DNA of 24,152 nt from Paramicrosporidium saccamoebae KSL3 (GCA_002794465.1 MTSL01000102.1:1-24152); one strand, 5' to 3'; positions 1-11,357 are shown, counted from the stretch's first letter. The notes: a model not told the origin generated them from the sequence alone. Numbers and translations are program-made.

Positions 1-37
1 AAACACATTATTGCAAAAATGTATTCAATCACAATTA

Positions 38-1459
38 TTACAAAACTCTAGATACCTCTCCCACTTGCAACGGCGGCTTGCACTCTTCCTTGGCCGACTT
101 TTCTGTGGCCATTTGTGCAAAATGCCTCAACAACAAACCGTCATCCGCTTTTACCATGTCGTCCCTTTCTGGTGCCAAATTGTCGATTCGCAGCGGCGCC
201 AGGACGTGTTGTCTGCGTCCAGGAGACGGGAGGGCCGGGAGGCTGCGTTTAAGGCCTATTGCGGGCCGGACAGCGGATTGACCTGGGTGCGATTGTCGCA
301 CTTCAACTGGATAGTAGGGGATCTGAGTTCGAGGAATATGATATCCATAGCCTGTGGGCGGATAATCCTGCGGTGGCGGGGACCATTGTTGGTATGGCAG
401 CATAGAAGCATTATAGACAGACGGCCTCTGAGCATAGTACATTCCAGGCAGATATTGCATTGGCTGCCTATACGGAGGCCGGTACGCAACTTGGACAAAT
501 GGCTGAGCATGTGGATTGTGCGGCATCGGCATTGCATACAGTCCATCAGGATAATGAGACATGTTGGAATGCTGACTCGGACGTCTCTGCTCAGGGAACC
601 CATAATTTTCCTTGACATTTCTCCTACCCGAGGGCAGGATCAGTGGAGGCGTGCGAGAAGAAGTCTGTGGCGTGCGCGACGAGGCAGATTCCAGCGAGAC
701 TGGTCTGGAGACTAAAGGCGGACGGATGAGTTTGGGGCTTTTGAGTGCCTTGAAGAAAGGGTTAATGGATGGGATGGTATATGCTAGTTCATGCGGCTTG
801 CCTACTTCAGCTTCCCGGTAGTAGCAAATTAAATGGACGGTGCTGTTATCGATATTCAGGCTTATCGTCTTTTTCATGAGCCCTTCCTTCTTGAGCAGCG
901 GTTCTGGGGAGGTGGATTTTTCATCAGGCTCCTCTATCCTTGCAGCGTCTGAGGCGACATTGCCCAGGATTCCGATTTGCATAGTCATTGGTTTCCTGGT
1001 GGCGCTAATGCGTTGCTCCAGCTGTCTGTATATCAAGAATTCACCCGCGATGCGACTGGGACTCCAGATCTTGCCATCCGTCCACCTTTTGATGCCGCTT
1101 TCTAGTTCGGTGAATATAAAGACGCTTCCACTCCGGATCATATATCTGTCACGATCACCAAGACGATATTGGACCCGCGGCAGCAGAGCTCTACGACACG
1201 CCTCCACCACCAGCACCGCGTCTTCCACCGTCTCCACCAGACCAAAGTAACTTTCTGCGCCCTCCAAAGTACTTTTCGGGTCGTTTCCATTCGGCTCAAA
1301 GTTGGCATTTTCCGCGTTTCCAGCATTTATAGCATTTACAGCGTTTCCAACGTTTTCGGCGTTTGCAACAGACTCTACAGTTCGTGGGGGCGGCCCGACT
1401 GAAACTTTGCGCACTTTGGCCATGTGCTTATCCGTCAAGTTGACTCGTTCGCTGTTCAT
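38..1459 (-). CDS. WOPR-family (Gti1/Pac2; Wor1/Mit1/Ryp1-like) transcription factor
   Basis: The ORF contains both WOPR subdomains: SYFGLVETVEDAVLVVEACRRALLPRVQYRLGDRDRYMIRSGSVFIFTELESGIKRWTDGKIWSPSRIAGEFLIYRQL and EGLMKKTISL...VHLICYY. A Pro/Tyr/Gln-rich tail follows. The ORF track start at 1600 is TTG; the first ATG is at 1459. Double TAA stop at 38-40 and 35-37. Confidence 0.92.
   Translation of the reverse strand: MNSERVNLTDKHMAKVRKVSVGPPPRTVESVANAENVGNAVNAINAGNAENANFEPNGNDPKSTLEGAESYFGLVETVEDAVLVVEACRRALLPRVQYRLGDRDRYMIRSGSVFIFTELESGIKRWTDGKIWSPSRIAGEFLIYRQLEQRISATRKPMTMQIGILGNVASDAARIEEPDEKSTSPEPLLKKEGLMKKTISLNIDNSTVHLICYYREAEVGKPHELAYTIPSINPFFKALKSPKLIRPPLVSRPVSLESASSRTPQTSSRTPPLILPSGRRNVKENYGFPEQRRPSQHSNMSHYPDGLYAMPMPHNPHAQPFVQVAYRPPYRQPMQYLPGMYYAQRPSVYNASMLPYQQWSPPPQDYPPTGYGYHIPRTQIPYYPVEVRQSHPGQSAVRPAIGLKRSLPALPSPGRRQHVLAPLRIDNLAPERDDMVKADDGLLLRHFAQMATEKSAKEECKPPLQVGEVSRVL
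1305..1367 (-). repeat. 7 x 9-bp degenerate coding repeat (xNA tripeptides) in the WOPR N-terminus
   Basis: Plus-strand units gcattttcc gcgtttcca gcatttata gcatttaca gcgtttcca acgttttcg gcgtttgca; encodes ANAENVGNAVNAINAGNAENA. Confidence 0.75.
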
Positions 1460-1558
1460 AAGGCGACTGGTTGGTTCCTTTACAAGCGCGCGCTTCAAAG
1501 TCCTTGCCCGGTGCTCTGCAACAGCCAATGCCTGGTCTTGGATTAAAGACGTCGGGGC

Positions 1559-1599
1559 TCTGATTGGTTGGCTGATAGTACAATGCTGTTGATTGGCCA
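1559..1599 (-). promoter_or_regulatory. Two CCAAT boxes upstream of the WOPR ATG
   Basis: The minus strand reads GGCCAATCA and AACCAATCAGA, about 100-140 nt upstream of ATG 1459. Both fit the NF-Y/HAP RRCCAATSR consensus. Motif match only. Confidence 0.35.
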
Positions 1600-1761
1600 A
1601 AGTCCCTTTTGACGGCCAATACTCGGTCAGAGCTTATTGACGCTGTGATAAAGTTGAAATAATGTTAATTAATGTTAAGTCATTAAAGGTGTTGTAATTT
1701 GTAGTGTTATGAGATTTCGATGTGAATGATCACGATATAATACCACGGACGAGAGGGAGGT

Positions 1762-1843
1762 TTGTTCACTGTTAACCCTAGAATAGTATGGATACACATC
1801 CCACTATCCTCAAATACCCAGCAACTAATCAACCTCTACGTCA
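1762..1843 (+). repeat. Dispersed intergenic element, copy 1
   Basis: Matches 13188-13270 with 7 substitutions and 1 indel over 83 columns. It is followed by a local duplication of its 3' part (caactaatcaa...tacgtcaca, ~1850-1886). Confidence 0.9.
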
Positions 1844-2008
1844 CATAGCCAACTAATCAATCCTCTGCCTCTGCCTTTACGTCACACAAGAATCGAGCCT
1901 TTGAGACGAGATGGGATAACTGAGAAAAGATGCAGACGGGCGCAAGGGCTGGCTTGTGATATTTATAATACTTTAATGCCTGTATGTTTACTAAGATATT
2001 AATGCATC

Positions 2009-3073
2009 TTATGGTTCGGGTAAGCTGTTCTTTTGAGCAATGCTACTTTCCAGTTCTTTAATCTCACAGGGAATAGGCACTGAATACTTGTCCTCCATCA
2101 ACTTCCAGAGCTCAATGGCCTTTTTATAATCTAAAGAATCGAAATTTTCTGTGGCTTCCGGGCCCTCCAACTCGTATTCATTGAGACAGCCTATGGACAG
2201 GTAATATTGCGCAATAAAGGGGAGGAGAGCCTTGTGACTGTCGGTGCTTTCAGCTTCAATGGCAGAGAGGTCTAGTGAATCGATCAGCTCTTTGGCCTTG
2301 TCCATGTATTCACGAAACTTGAGAATCTTTTGCTTCTCCTCTGCGCATTCCTCATAGTTGAAATGGCTATCAGCCAGACTGTAGTAGGCTTGCAGCTTTA
2401 CAATGACCACGGGGATGCGTTGATCCGCTTCAGGACAGATGCGCAAAACTTCAGTGGCCATTGCGGACGGATCCTCACAGAGTGGGAATGCTCGGGTAAA
2501 GAGTCTCATTGCTGGTTGGAGTGCATCATTACGGTCGGGAGCTTGTTCGATCAGCTCGCAATACTCCTTGGTCGCCCTCGCATATTCAGGGTCCTGATCT
2601 TGGATGAGACGTATAATTTCGATGCGCTTGACGGAAGTTTTCAAGTAATGATCATTATTGTCTAGTTGAAGGCCAGTCTGGTATATCTGGCTTGCCGCTT
2701 CCAGGTACTGTTCCTCGCAAATAATATCCTCGTCTTTGCCGAGCATCCCAAGAGTGACAAGGGCATCGCCATAGACGCGATAAAATTTGCCGTCCAGTTT
2801 CAGCGCTTTTAGCGATTCAATGGCGTCCTCGTCAATGCCTTCCAATCCTTCCCCCTCCTCCAGTGCCTCCTTGATACGGCCGATACGGTCGCACTCGTGA
2901 ATAACAGCGTTCAACAGGGGAACACACTTTTCTGGGTCATCAAAATGCTCTTCAGCATATGCAAACATGACGGCAGCCTGATCGACTTCATTTGATGTTT
3001 CGTCGACTGGAAAATACACTTCGGCATCTTCTTCAGGCTGTTTTCGCTTATTAAGGCCAGTTGCCTTCTTCAT
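2009..3073 (-). CDS. ETT1: Ett1/Nro1-family protein (enhancer of translation termination 1 / negative regulator of Ofd1-like)
   Basis: 354 aa. Basic N-terminus MKKATGLNKRK, then LLNAVIHECDRIGR and KFYRVYGDAL, resembling the recalled Ett1/Nro1 NGIxHECDRLLR motif. The remainder is a helical TPR-like region. Confidence 0.72.
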   Translation of the reverse strand: MKKATGLNKRKQPEEDAEVYFPVDETSNEVDQAAVMFAYAEEHFDDPEKCVPLLNAVIHECDRIGRIKEALEEGEGLEGIDEDAIESLKALKLDGKFYRVYGDALVTLGMLGKDEDIICEEQYLEAASQIYQTGLQLDNNDHYLKTSVKRIEIIRLIQDQDPEYARATKEYCELIEQAPDRNDALQPAMRLFTRAFPLCEDPSAMATEVLRICPEADQRIPVVIVKLQAYYSLADSHFNYEECAEEKQKILKFREYMDKAKELIDSLDLSAIEAESTDSHKALLPFIAQYYLSIGCLNEYELEGPEATENFDSLDYKKAIELWKLMEDKYSVPIPCEIKELESSIAQKNSLPEP

Positions 3074-3097
3074 GTTCGAGTACCCCGGCGCAGTGTA

Positions 3098-3487
3098 ATG
3101 GAGGAAGATTGTATCACGGCTGCCCAGGATGAATTTATAAAACTTGCCACAACCATGTACAATGCGGTTGGAATGCTACAGAGAGATGCTGTCCCACTGG
3201 CACCGGGAGCAAAGGCCGACACTGACAGCAACGCCGAGCTTAGGACGAATCTGGTAAAGGATATTGTGCTGCATAGCAAGGAGATTGACCGCCATTTGAG
3301 CTCGTTAGCGAGTCTTCCCGAGAAACAGACGGTGATGGCAGAAATAGAGACGTTGCTGGCCAAGCTGCCACTGGCCATTGAACAACAGAAAGAACGGGTG
3401 GAACAGGCCATTCAAAACCAGGATGACCTGGAGGCCATATTTGATAACCTCATTAGTGAGAATCTTGGACAGGCCAACTGTAAATAA
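3098..3487 (+). CDS. MED21: Mediator subunit 21 (Srb7)
   Basis: 129 aa. DCITAAQDEFIKLATTMYNAVGMLQRDA and LVKDIVLHSKEIDRHLSSL match the Med21 pattern DRLTQLQD...CNAIGVLQ / IARTAKDIDVLIDSL. A C-terminal coiled coil follows. Confidence 0.8.
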   Translation: MEEDCITAAQDEFIKLATTMYNAVGMLQRDAVPLAPGAKADTDSNAELRTNLVKDIVLHSKEIDRHLSSLASLPEKQTVMAEIETLLAKLPLAIEQQKERVEQAIQNQDDLEAIFDNLISENLGQANCK

Positions 3488-3541
3488 ATCGTGTTTTGAG
3501 GGCAGGTTTTGTAATATGAGATTTCTCGACCGGGGACGACA

Positions 3542-6500
3542 ATGGATGGTACCAGTACCGAGGTGGTACTAGTGCACGAATTCCGGCGACTGCTCCTACA
3601 CACGCCAAGCAGCCTGGCAGATGTGTTGGGCGTATTGAATGTTTCAAATTTCAGGGCATTGCTAGAGTCAATTGCGTGCTCTGATGCGTCTGCTGGGAGG
3701 GTGCTTTTTGCTACGAGGAATTTGCTTAAAGAGTGCGAAAAGCCCGAGGAGATGGTGGAGCCACTATTGGCATATTGCAGGTAATTGAATGCATTTAGTG
3801 TTGGAGCTTTTAGATCAAGGACCGAGCGAGACATTTGCATCCAAGTTGGTATTGCTGGAATCCTCCTCAGCCGCACTGGCGATATGAAATTATTACAGTT
3901 TATGACTAGTCGTCTTGCCTTGCTCTGTGACGCCGATTTGGGCCGGATTGGACGACTATTCAAATCACTTTTAGTAGATAAAAGTTTCATGACTGCTGGT
4001 GCTGCCAAGTTGCCCTTTTCGACTGGACTGGTGCTGTTGGTCGCTTGTTGGGAGTTGCAAGTTGACGTGACGGGCAGTGGCTCGCAATGGATCAGCGAAA
4101 ATTCTGCTGTCGCAACGCCGTTAGTTATACGGGCATTTTCCCAGACTATCAAGACGTGTCCGGTCGACTGCTTAAAGAGTTTGCTGGTGCCCGTTTTGAA
4201 TCGACTGCTTCTAAGGGCCTCTGGTTCTGCGCTTGGCATCTTGATGAATCTGAATCTTTCCGAGGAAATTTTGTTGTCGGATCTGCTGGATGGTATTTGG
4301 GCCCAGTTGGCCTCTGACAATGACGAGAATAGGACCAAGGCAGGTTTGGTCTTGGCTCAGGTCAACACTGTACAGCCGATTGCTTTAAAAATCGAGACGA
4401 CGATTGCTGGAAAGAGCATCAAGGCCAAAAAGGCCTTTTTTATACTTCTCCACAAATTGTTGCTCAAGGATTCGACCAATGTAGAGCCAATTCTACGACG
4501 TATCCTGGCCAAGGAGACTAACGAAGAGGTAGTATATTGGATCGTGTCGTGTCTCTTTGTCTGCAACTGCAACGGCAACTGCAATAATTCAGAGGCAAAG
4601 TTGAATCTTGTTGGGGAAGGCCTAAAGCAAAACAAGGCGGCTCTCAGGTCGAGCTTTATTGCTGCCGCTTGTGACCATTTGCCCGCCGAAAAATGCAAGG
4701 AATTGCTGACGAAACAAGACATTGACCAACTTGTCGTGCTTCTTGCGACTATGGATACGGTAAAGCCATCTGCATCAGTGTTAAAAGCCGGGCTCGCGCC
4801 TACTGGGTTTATCTCGTTGGCCTCTGAATGTCTGGGCCGCTATCCCTTGCTTCCAATTTGGAAATTGGTCAATCTGTTTTCCATTATCAGTGAGGATGCC
4901 GATGCCTGTAGATTGCTGTGGAAGGTCATTATTGGTCTCTATGCCCAGAATTCCGAGCTGACAATCCAATTCAATGTCGCCCTGCAAAAAATGTCGCCTC
5001 CCTTGAAATATATAGAGGAAGGGTGTCATGGATACAATCCGACCATCCTGAGCAACTTGCTTCTCCATGCTGCCAATTCCGAGACAAGTCTTGTTGAATT
5101 GGCCGAGCTCGCCCATCGGCCTTCCTTCAAGGAGACTGGTCTGTGGAACAATCTCGTCCGTCGGATGCGATGCAAAAAGTTGGATGGTATTTCCGATTCG
5201 CTTGTTCAGGATAAACTGCTGACGGTGCAAAACCTCGAGGTGCTGGAAGCCATCATCACAGTCTTTCCTCAAGTGGCAAACAGCTTTGCCTCTCATCTTG
5301 TTGAATTTGTCAAGACTCTATCGTCAATCAATCCCACCGAGGAGGATATTGTCATTATTAACACTCCTCGCCATGAGCTCCCGGTAATTGATGGTAAGCA
5401 AAAGTGTTCCTCTATTAATGCTGTAGTGGTGACCCCGATTAGAAAGGCTTTGGAGGCTGCGGCCAAGAAGGATCCAACCAAGAAGCCTCCCGCCACGGGT
5501 CTATCCAAAGCGGAAAAGACTGCTCTTGATGCTGAGATTGCCCGTGAGGAAGAGATTATACGCAAACATCTGGATTGCAAACAAAAGCTCAGGCATTTGA
5601 CAATGGTGATAAAGGCCTTTGCAAATGTCAATCCGCGACTATTAGAGCCCTTCCTTGGACAGATTGCTGAGAATATCTATTGCATTGGAGGATGGATCGA
5701 GACTGACATTAGCAAGTGTTACTATCAGTTGGCACGCTGCTGTAGTCCTCCGCTTGGGAAATATGGGCCGCTTTTGGGATCGGTCCGATATAGTTTGCAA
5801 AATGCGGCCCTAATCGATCCTGATTGGAATGTTCCGCTTAGGACAGACTTGAACTCTGCACTGGTTCGCCATTTGAATGGAGACCGCTTGGCTGAGAGTT
5901 CATGGAACTTTGTCTTTCCAGCAATTGTTGCGCTTTTGCAAAGTGTCCCAGAGGAGGTTGACGACTTGACAGTAGCCTCGCTGCTTGCAATTGTGGCTAC
6001 CAATTCAGAAATGGGAGTTTCATGGAGGATTCTGTCAGAGCTGTTTACTGTGTGCCGACACATTTCTGGAATGATGCCAGGTGTCTTTGCTGCAGTCAAT
6101 ACGACCATTACGACAGTGGTGAATCATGCAAGGATTAGTGCTTCTGACGTTGACGTGTCGATTTTTGTGCACATGCTGCAGAGCCCTTCCGACCTTGAGC
6201 GTCGTTTTGGTCTTTCCCTAACTGAATGCATGGCTGGAAGATTTAGAGATATTCTCGTAGCTTCCCCTGTGCTCAAGCTGTGGGTCTCAATTCTTTGTTG
6301 TGATGCAAATGCCAGCATCAAGGCTCTTCGTCTGGCCGAGGTGCTGTATGGAGGTGAAGTGCCAATTCAGGAATGGAAAGAGCTGGTCAAGATTGCCGTG
6401 GACGTTGAATTGGATGTCGCCACCAGTGCCAGTAATGCGCTGATCAAATCTCTAGTGGCTGTTCCCGCCGCGGAAGTATTTTCCTTTTTGGAGGCAACCT

Positions 6501-9500
6501 ATCGTCACTTGTTTAGCGGCCGTATCCCTGAGATGGCCCACATTCGGGCTCCCAAATTAGATCTGACGGCAGTTTCGCGGGAACGATTGGCGTTGGTGTA
6601 TCTCAGTCTGGCCAAAGCTCTTGATGAGGGCGTAGTGCTCAAATCGGCGTATTATGGGGTAATTCCCAAAGTCATTCAGTTTTTCCTCCTCGAGGCCTTT
6701 TTTGATCCAAGGGAAAAGGTTCAAGACGAACTATTAAATGCCGCTGGATGTTTGGTGTCGGCGGGATTGGAGGACAAGACTACGGTGGATGCGATTGCCC
6801 ATGTGTGTGATTTGTTCTTGTCAGCCAAGGGCAAGTCGGATGAGGACTATGATCGGGTTAGAGTGTATGGAGTAATATTGTTAGCCAAGGTGGCAGAACG
6901 CTTCCCCTCGGACGATCCAAGACGCGGAAAACTGCTCGAATCCCTATATGCCACTCTGAGCACGCCAAGTGAAAATGTTCAAAATGCCGTGGCAGATGCC
7001 ATGGTCTCGCTGTTTCCTTTGGTGACAGCCGAGATGGCAGTGGAATATTTGGAACGCTTCTTAAAGGCGCTCAGTGGACCGTCAATGGCCGTCCGACGTG
7101 GCTCAGCCTACGGACTGGGAGCATTGATCAAGGGACGCGGATCACGGATGCTCAATGAACATTCAGTGCTGAATCGATTGGGCACCACTCTTCAAGAGAA
7201 ATCGGCTACAGTGGAGGCAAAACAGGGAGCTCTCTTTGGATTGGAATTGGTGGCTCGCTATATGGGACGCAGCTTTGAGCCGTACATTGTAAAGCTGTTG
7301 GATGTACTGATGGCAACCTTTGCTGACGGACGGACTGAGGTGCGAGAGGCGTCGTTGGAGGCGGCACAGACGATAATGTCCACAGTTTCAAGTTTGGGGG
7401 CGCGTCTGCTGTTGCCGGTGCTATTGGAGCAGATGGCTTCGACATCGTGGCGATCCAAAGTGGGTGCTATTGAATGGCTTGGAGCTATGGCATCCCTGGC
7501 TCCCCGTGTTCTTGCTAAACAACTTCCGCTGATTCTCCCAAAACTCGTTGATTCATTGACCGATTCACATCATCAGGTGCAACGTGCTGCTCGTGAGGCA
7601 TTATATCGCTATGGAGGAGTTGTGCGCAGTCCTGAAATCCGCGCTCTCTCCTCTATCATCATGGAGGCGCTGGCCAATCCGCCTGAGGCCACGGAAAAGT
7701 GTCTCCATTCCATCCTCCATACTGCCTTTGCCCATGTAATTGATGGTCCTTCCTTGGCCCTCCTGGAGCCTGTCCTTGTGCGTGCCCTCCGAGATCGTGG
7801 CACTGAGATTAAGAAAAGGGCTGCGCAGATTGTTGGCAATTTGGCCACAAATTTGGTGGATCCACGTGACTTGGAAGGAGTCTTAACTGGCCTGGTTCCT
7901 GCTTTGCTATCGTGCCTGTCAGATCCTGTCCCCGAGGTGAGGGCACATTGTGGAAAAGTATTGGGAATTTTGGTAAAGACGGTGGGAGAGCGACCGACTG
8001 CAATTAAATCGCTGGCCGAGAATCTCTTTTCCATCATTTCCAGTCCCCATGCCACCAGTGTTGATCGTGCTGGAGCTGCCCAGGCACTAGCAGAAATTCT
8101 CGCTGCTCGTGGCGCCAGCAATATTGTCGAATTGCTTGAAGATGCTGTCATGGCGGGACTCTTGTCCAATCGGACGACATCGCGGGAGGGATTCATCATG
8201 TTGGTGGGATATCTGCCGGCGGCATTTAATACGGAATTGCCTGAACTGTATGAGATTGGACTGAGGGCGCTGATTGGACCGTCGCTTGGATTGCTTGCAG
8301 ACGAAAATGAGGCGGTGCGAGAGGCAGCCAATACGGCTTGTCACAGCATTATTGACGGATGTGCTCGGATCGACCACGTGGCCATCTTTGATGTTCTAGT
8401 AGAGACACTGTCCGATGTTCGTTGGCGCTGTCGTTTGGGCTGTCTGCAGCTGTTCATGGAGTTCCTCAGCAAGTTTTCTGCAGGCGAATCGGACGTCGCC
8501 ATGGGCATCTTCTCCATGCCCTCGCAGGAGGAATTGATGGCCGGGGGAATTGATGAAGATCGTATTCGCGGTCTAATGAGTCGCTCCTTCCTATACCGTT
8601 TCGATATAAACTCTTCAGCCATCCGTCATCATGCGCTGACTATTTGGAAGGGATTGGCGTCACATCCTCTGCGGGCAATTTCGTCCATTCTCCCCGTTTT
8701 TATTGAAGAATGTTGTGGTGGAGGGATGACTGAGAATGAGGAGGGACGGGATGTCATTTACAAGGCTTTGGAGGATATGCTAAGTAAGATTGGCGATCGT
8801 CTTTTGGCAGAACTTTTGGATCGCTGTACTGTCTTGGCTGCAATTGAAGATGACAGCAAGAACGAAAGCGATGTTTCTGCTAATCGGGTTGGTGCGCTCT
8901 TTGTGGCCACGGTGGCAGCACAGATCCTTGGAAATGGCGTCTTTCCAGGAGTCACAAATAACTTGCTGGACACGTGCATTCCCAAGTTTATTGGAATTCT
9001 CCAAATTGGACTCAATTCCATAGATGATCCCAGTCGCAGCCAGGCTTGTCGTCTATTTATTGCGCTCGTAGAATCGCCTCACAATGTTGGAGTGGTGGAT
9101 CGGATTGTGGAGCCAATGCTGGAGGAGCTTTTGGGCGATCCCGTGGTAGATCCCGTCACCCTGGATGGCTTGGTGGACTTGCTAAAGTCGGATGAGACGG
9201 ACCAGGTCTTTAATACGACCATTAAAGCATTACTTGCCCCAGACACTCCCCTCAAAGATGCCGAATTGGCACTGGCAGTGTGTGAGGTTGTAGCAGCTGT
9301 CTTTGATGCCATTGGAGCGGAGGGAGCATCCAAGACTGTGCCCATCTTACGTACCATTATTCAGGCTGGCGTAGTGTCAGTGGACAGTGATATTTTCCGC
9401 TCAACCTGCTTTAGCATCCTGGCAGCCTTGGAGGCTGATTATGATTCGTCGTATCAAGTGTCCCTTTCCCAACTGTTAGAATCGACCTTTTCCAGCAATC

Positions 9501-10357
9501 CCTCCACTGCCTTTGCCATCATTAGCATTTATTGTGGTATCCCCGATGCTTCACTTGTGCGATTCTACGATATTTGGCCTCGTCGTATGTTGGATTGTTC
9601 CAGCCAATCCGAGATGGCGGCATTGGAAGCGTTGGTTGGGAGCGTTTCCATTGAGGGAGTGCATTCTCTGGCAATGTCCATTAATGATGCCCTTGACGCA
9701 AACACCAAGATTGAGGAGAAAGAGTTGGTGAAATTGATGGTAAAGAATCTGATTGTTCCACTACTCACTCAAAACACTGGAGTGGGCTTTGATGATGAGG
9801 ATTGTCGCAATTTGGCCTGCCGCCTCTGTATCCGCCTCTCCACCAGTGTCGATAGCTCCGCCTGGGGTTCGGCTCTCACCAGTCTTGTCGGCGCATTGAT
9901 CCGAACGGCCAGTGACAAAAGAACCACCTCAAGTCGCGTCTTTGAAGCGCTGGCAGCGTGCGTCGTTTCGCAGAGCAAGCTCGTCCGTCCCTTCCATCCG
10001 CAGTTACAAAGAATCTTTTCCAATGCATTGGCCATTGAGACGGTCCGTTCCATTGGAATTGGAGCTCTTGTAGCCTTGTTGCCCGTCCTCTCCCGTCCCG
10101 ATGCTTTGTTGAATGATTTGTTGGTAATGGCCGAATCTGGTCCAACCGAACTCCGTCTAGCGGCCCTTGAAGTGCTCCACGCCACTAATTCGTGTGGGGA
10201 GCCGTCTCGGGTGGTAGAAGTTGCTCAAGCCTGTTTGGCCGACGATAATGGCGTGGTTCGTGAGGCAGGCTCCAAGTGGATAAAGTTGATTTTGCCCATG
10301 GGAGAACTGGAGCCCCATCGTTCCTCTCTCCAATCATTGCTCACTCATTGCGTGTAG
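3542..10357 (+). CDS. GCN1: GCN1 translational activator (HEAT-repeat, GCN2 pathway), ~2260 aa
   Basis: Exons 3542-3780 and 3814-10357, joined over a 33-nt GTAATT...TTTAG intron (3781-3813) that contains the in-frame TAA splitting the ORF track. Diagnostic segment SWRSKVGAIEWLGAMASLAPRVLAKQLPLILPKLVDSLTDSHHQVQRAAREAL, plus LSDPVPEVRAHCGKVLG and VDRAGAAQALAEIL. Further in-frame introns cannot be excluded. Confidence 0.95.
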
Positions 10358-10358
10358 C

Positions 10359-10501
10359 ATAATCCAGAGGAATACTCCAAGAGACTAACCCAAGGGAATA
10401 ATCCAAGAGACTAACCCAGGAGACTAATCCAAGGGAGTAATCCAAGAGACTAATTCAAGGGAGTAATCCAAGAGACTAATCCAAAGGAGTAATTCAAGAG
10501 A
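10359..10501 (+). repeat. Minisatellite, 11 x 13 bp (consensus cTAATCCAAGAGA)
   Basis: Units: ataatccagagga atactccaagaga ctaacccaaggga ataatccaagaga ctaacccaggaga ctaatccaaggga gtaatccaagaga ctaattcaaggga gtaatccaagaga ctaatccaaagga gtaattcaagaga. Confidence 0.95.
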
Positions 10502-10613
10502 ATAAAAGCGTTCTTTGAGATTTATCAGTGGCACGTCTGTAAATACGATAAGTATGATATAGTTTCTCACAGCTTTATACTTTATATGCCGTTAATACTC
10601 TTAATAAATCTGG

Positions 10614-11357
10614 TTAGGGCGCTTGGGGCTTGGCCATTTCAACATGTAAAATCAAATTTCCATATGGACGGCCATTGAGGACTGAAATGACACGATGCGC
10701 ATCCTCCAACAGCACAAACGAGACAAAGGCACTGCCGCGACAAAGCATTGTTCGTTGGTCCTTGACGACGTAGACTCGTGCGGGTGTCACGATGCGACTG
10801 ACAAGGTCTCTAATGTCTGCGTCGGTACAGACCTCGGACAGATTGGAAATGCGAATAGTGTTGGGGTTGTCGCGATGGGAGGGGGCGGCAGAAGGATCCA
10901 AACCAGCCTCGATGGCCCGTCGCTGGCTCGGTGGTATATATTTGAGCTTGGCTGCCTCGTCTTTGGGAGAGTCGGCTGCTGCAACTTCTTCAGCAAAAGT
11001 ACTCTTGTAGGGACACTTGGCCGACCAATGGCCGCCTTGACAGTACCGACATGTAATGTTCTTGGCCTCTACAACGGCCGTCTTTACCGGCTCACGGTCG
11101 TGGTCACGGTTCATGGAGAGTTTTAAAAAGACGGGTTCGCCCACAATGGTGCTGCTAATGTTGGGACCCGGGCCGTCGCTTATAGCATCACCAAACTTGC
11201 GCCAAGTGTGGCGGCGAGCGACTTCGGGACACACCTGGCTGGATACAAGACGCAACCTAATCTTTCGAGTCACTTTGATGCGTCGACCTGCCTCGTCGGT
11301 GCGGATTTCTTCAACAATTTTAATAGTATCCGAGGGAGTCTGCTCTGCTTCAGTCAT
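10614..11357 (-). CDS. TIF35: Eukaryotic translation initiation factor 3 subunit g
   Basis: 247 aa. EVARRHTWRKFG, zinc knuckle CRYCQGGHWSAKCPY, KYIPPSQR, and a C-terminal RRM (TIRISNLS...RGSAFVSF...LNGRPYGNLILHVEMAKP). Confidence 0.93.
   Translation of the reverse strand: MTEAEQTPSDTIKIVEEIRTDEAGRRIKVTRKIRLRLVSSQVCPEVARRHTWRKFGDAISDGPGPNISSTIVGEPVFLKLSMNRDHDREPVKTAVVEAKNITCRYCQGGHWSAKCPYKSTFAEEVAAADSPKDEAAKLKYIPPSQRRAIEAGLDPSAAPSHRDNPNTIRISNLSEVCTDADIRDLVSRIVTPARVYVVKDQRTMLCRGSAFVSFVLLEDAHRVISVLNGRPYGNLILHVEMAKPQAP

Noticed and set aside
11-1592. Plus-strand ORFs opposite WOPR (11-715, 840-1250, 1302-1592) and the many antisense ORFs inside GCN1, eIF3g, the kinesin and the ankyrin-like genes
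   Set aside because: They are shadow ORFs of real genes with no recognisable motifs; many start at non-ATG codons.
1460-1600. N-terminal WOPR extension from TTG 1600
   Set aside because: TTG starts are not expected in a eukaryote, and the region holds CCAAT boxes that fit a promoter for ATG 1459.
1645-1692. ATAAAGTT and TTAAAGGT resembling the Wor1 binding motif (autoregulation)
   Set aside because: Short, imperfect matches in AT-rich DNA; not distinguishable from background.
1762-1843. RIP-like mutation between element copies (all differences are transitions)
   Set aside because: There are only 7 changes and the C-to-T sites are not in CpA context; ordinary transition bias explains them.
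3782-3784. Stop-codon readthrough joining the two in-frame GCN1 ORFs
   Set aside because: The TAA lies in a GT...AG segment of 33 nt, the typical intron size here. The alternative 18-nt acceptor at 3798 is below the observed size range.
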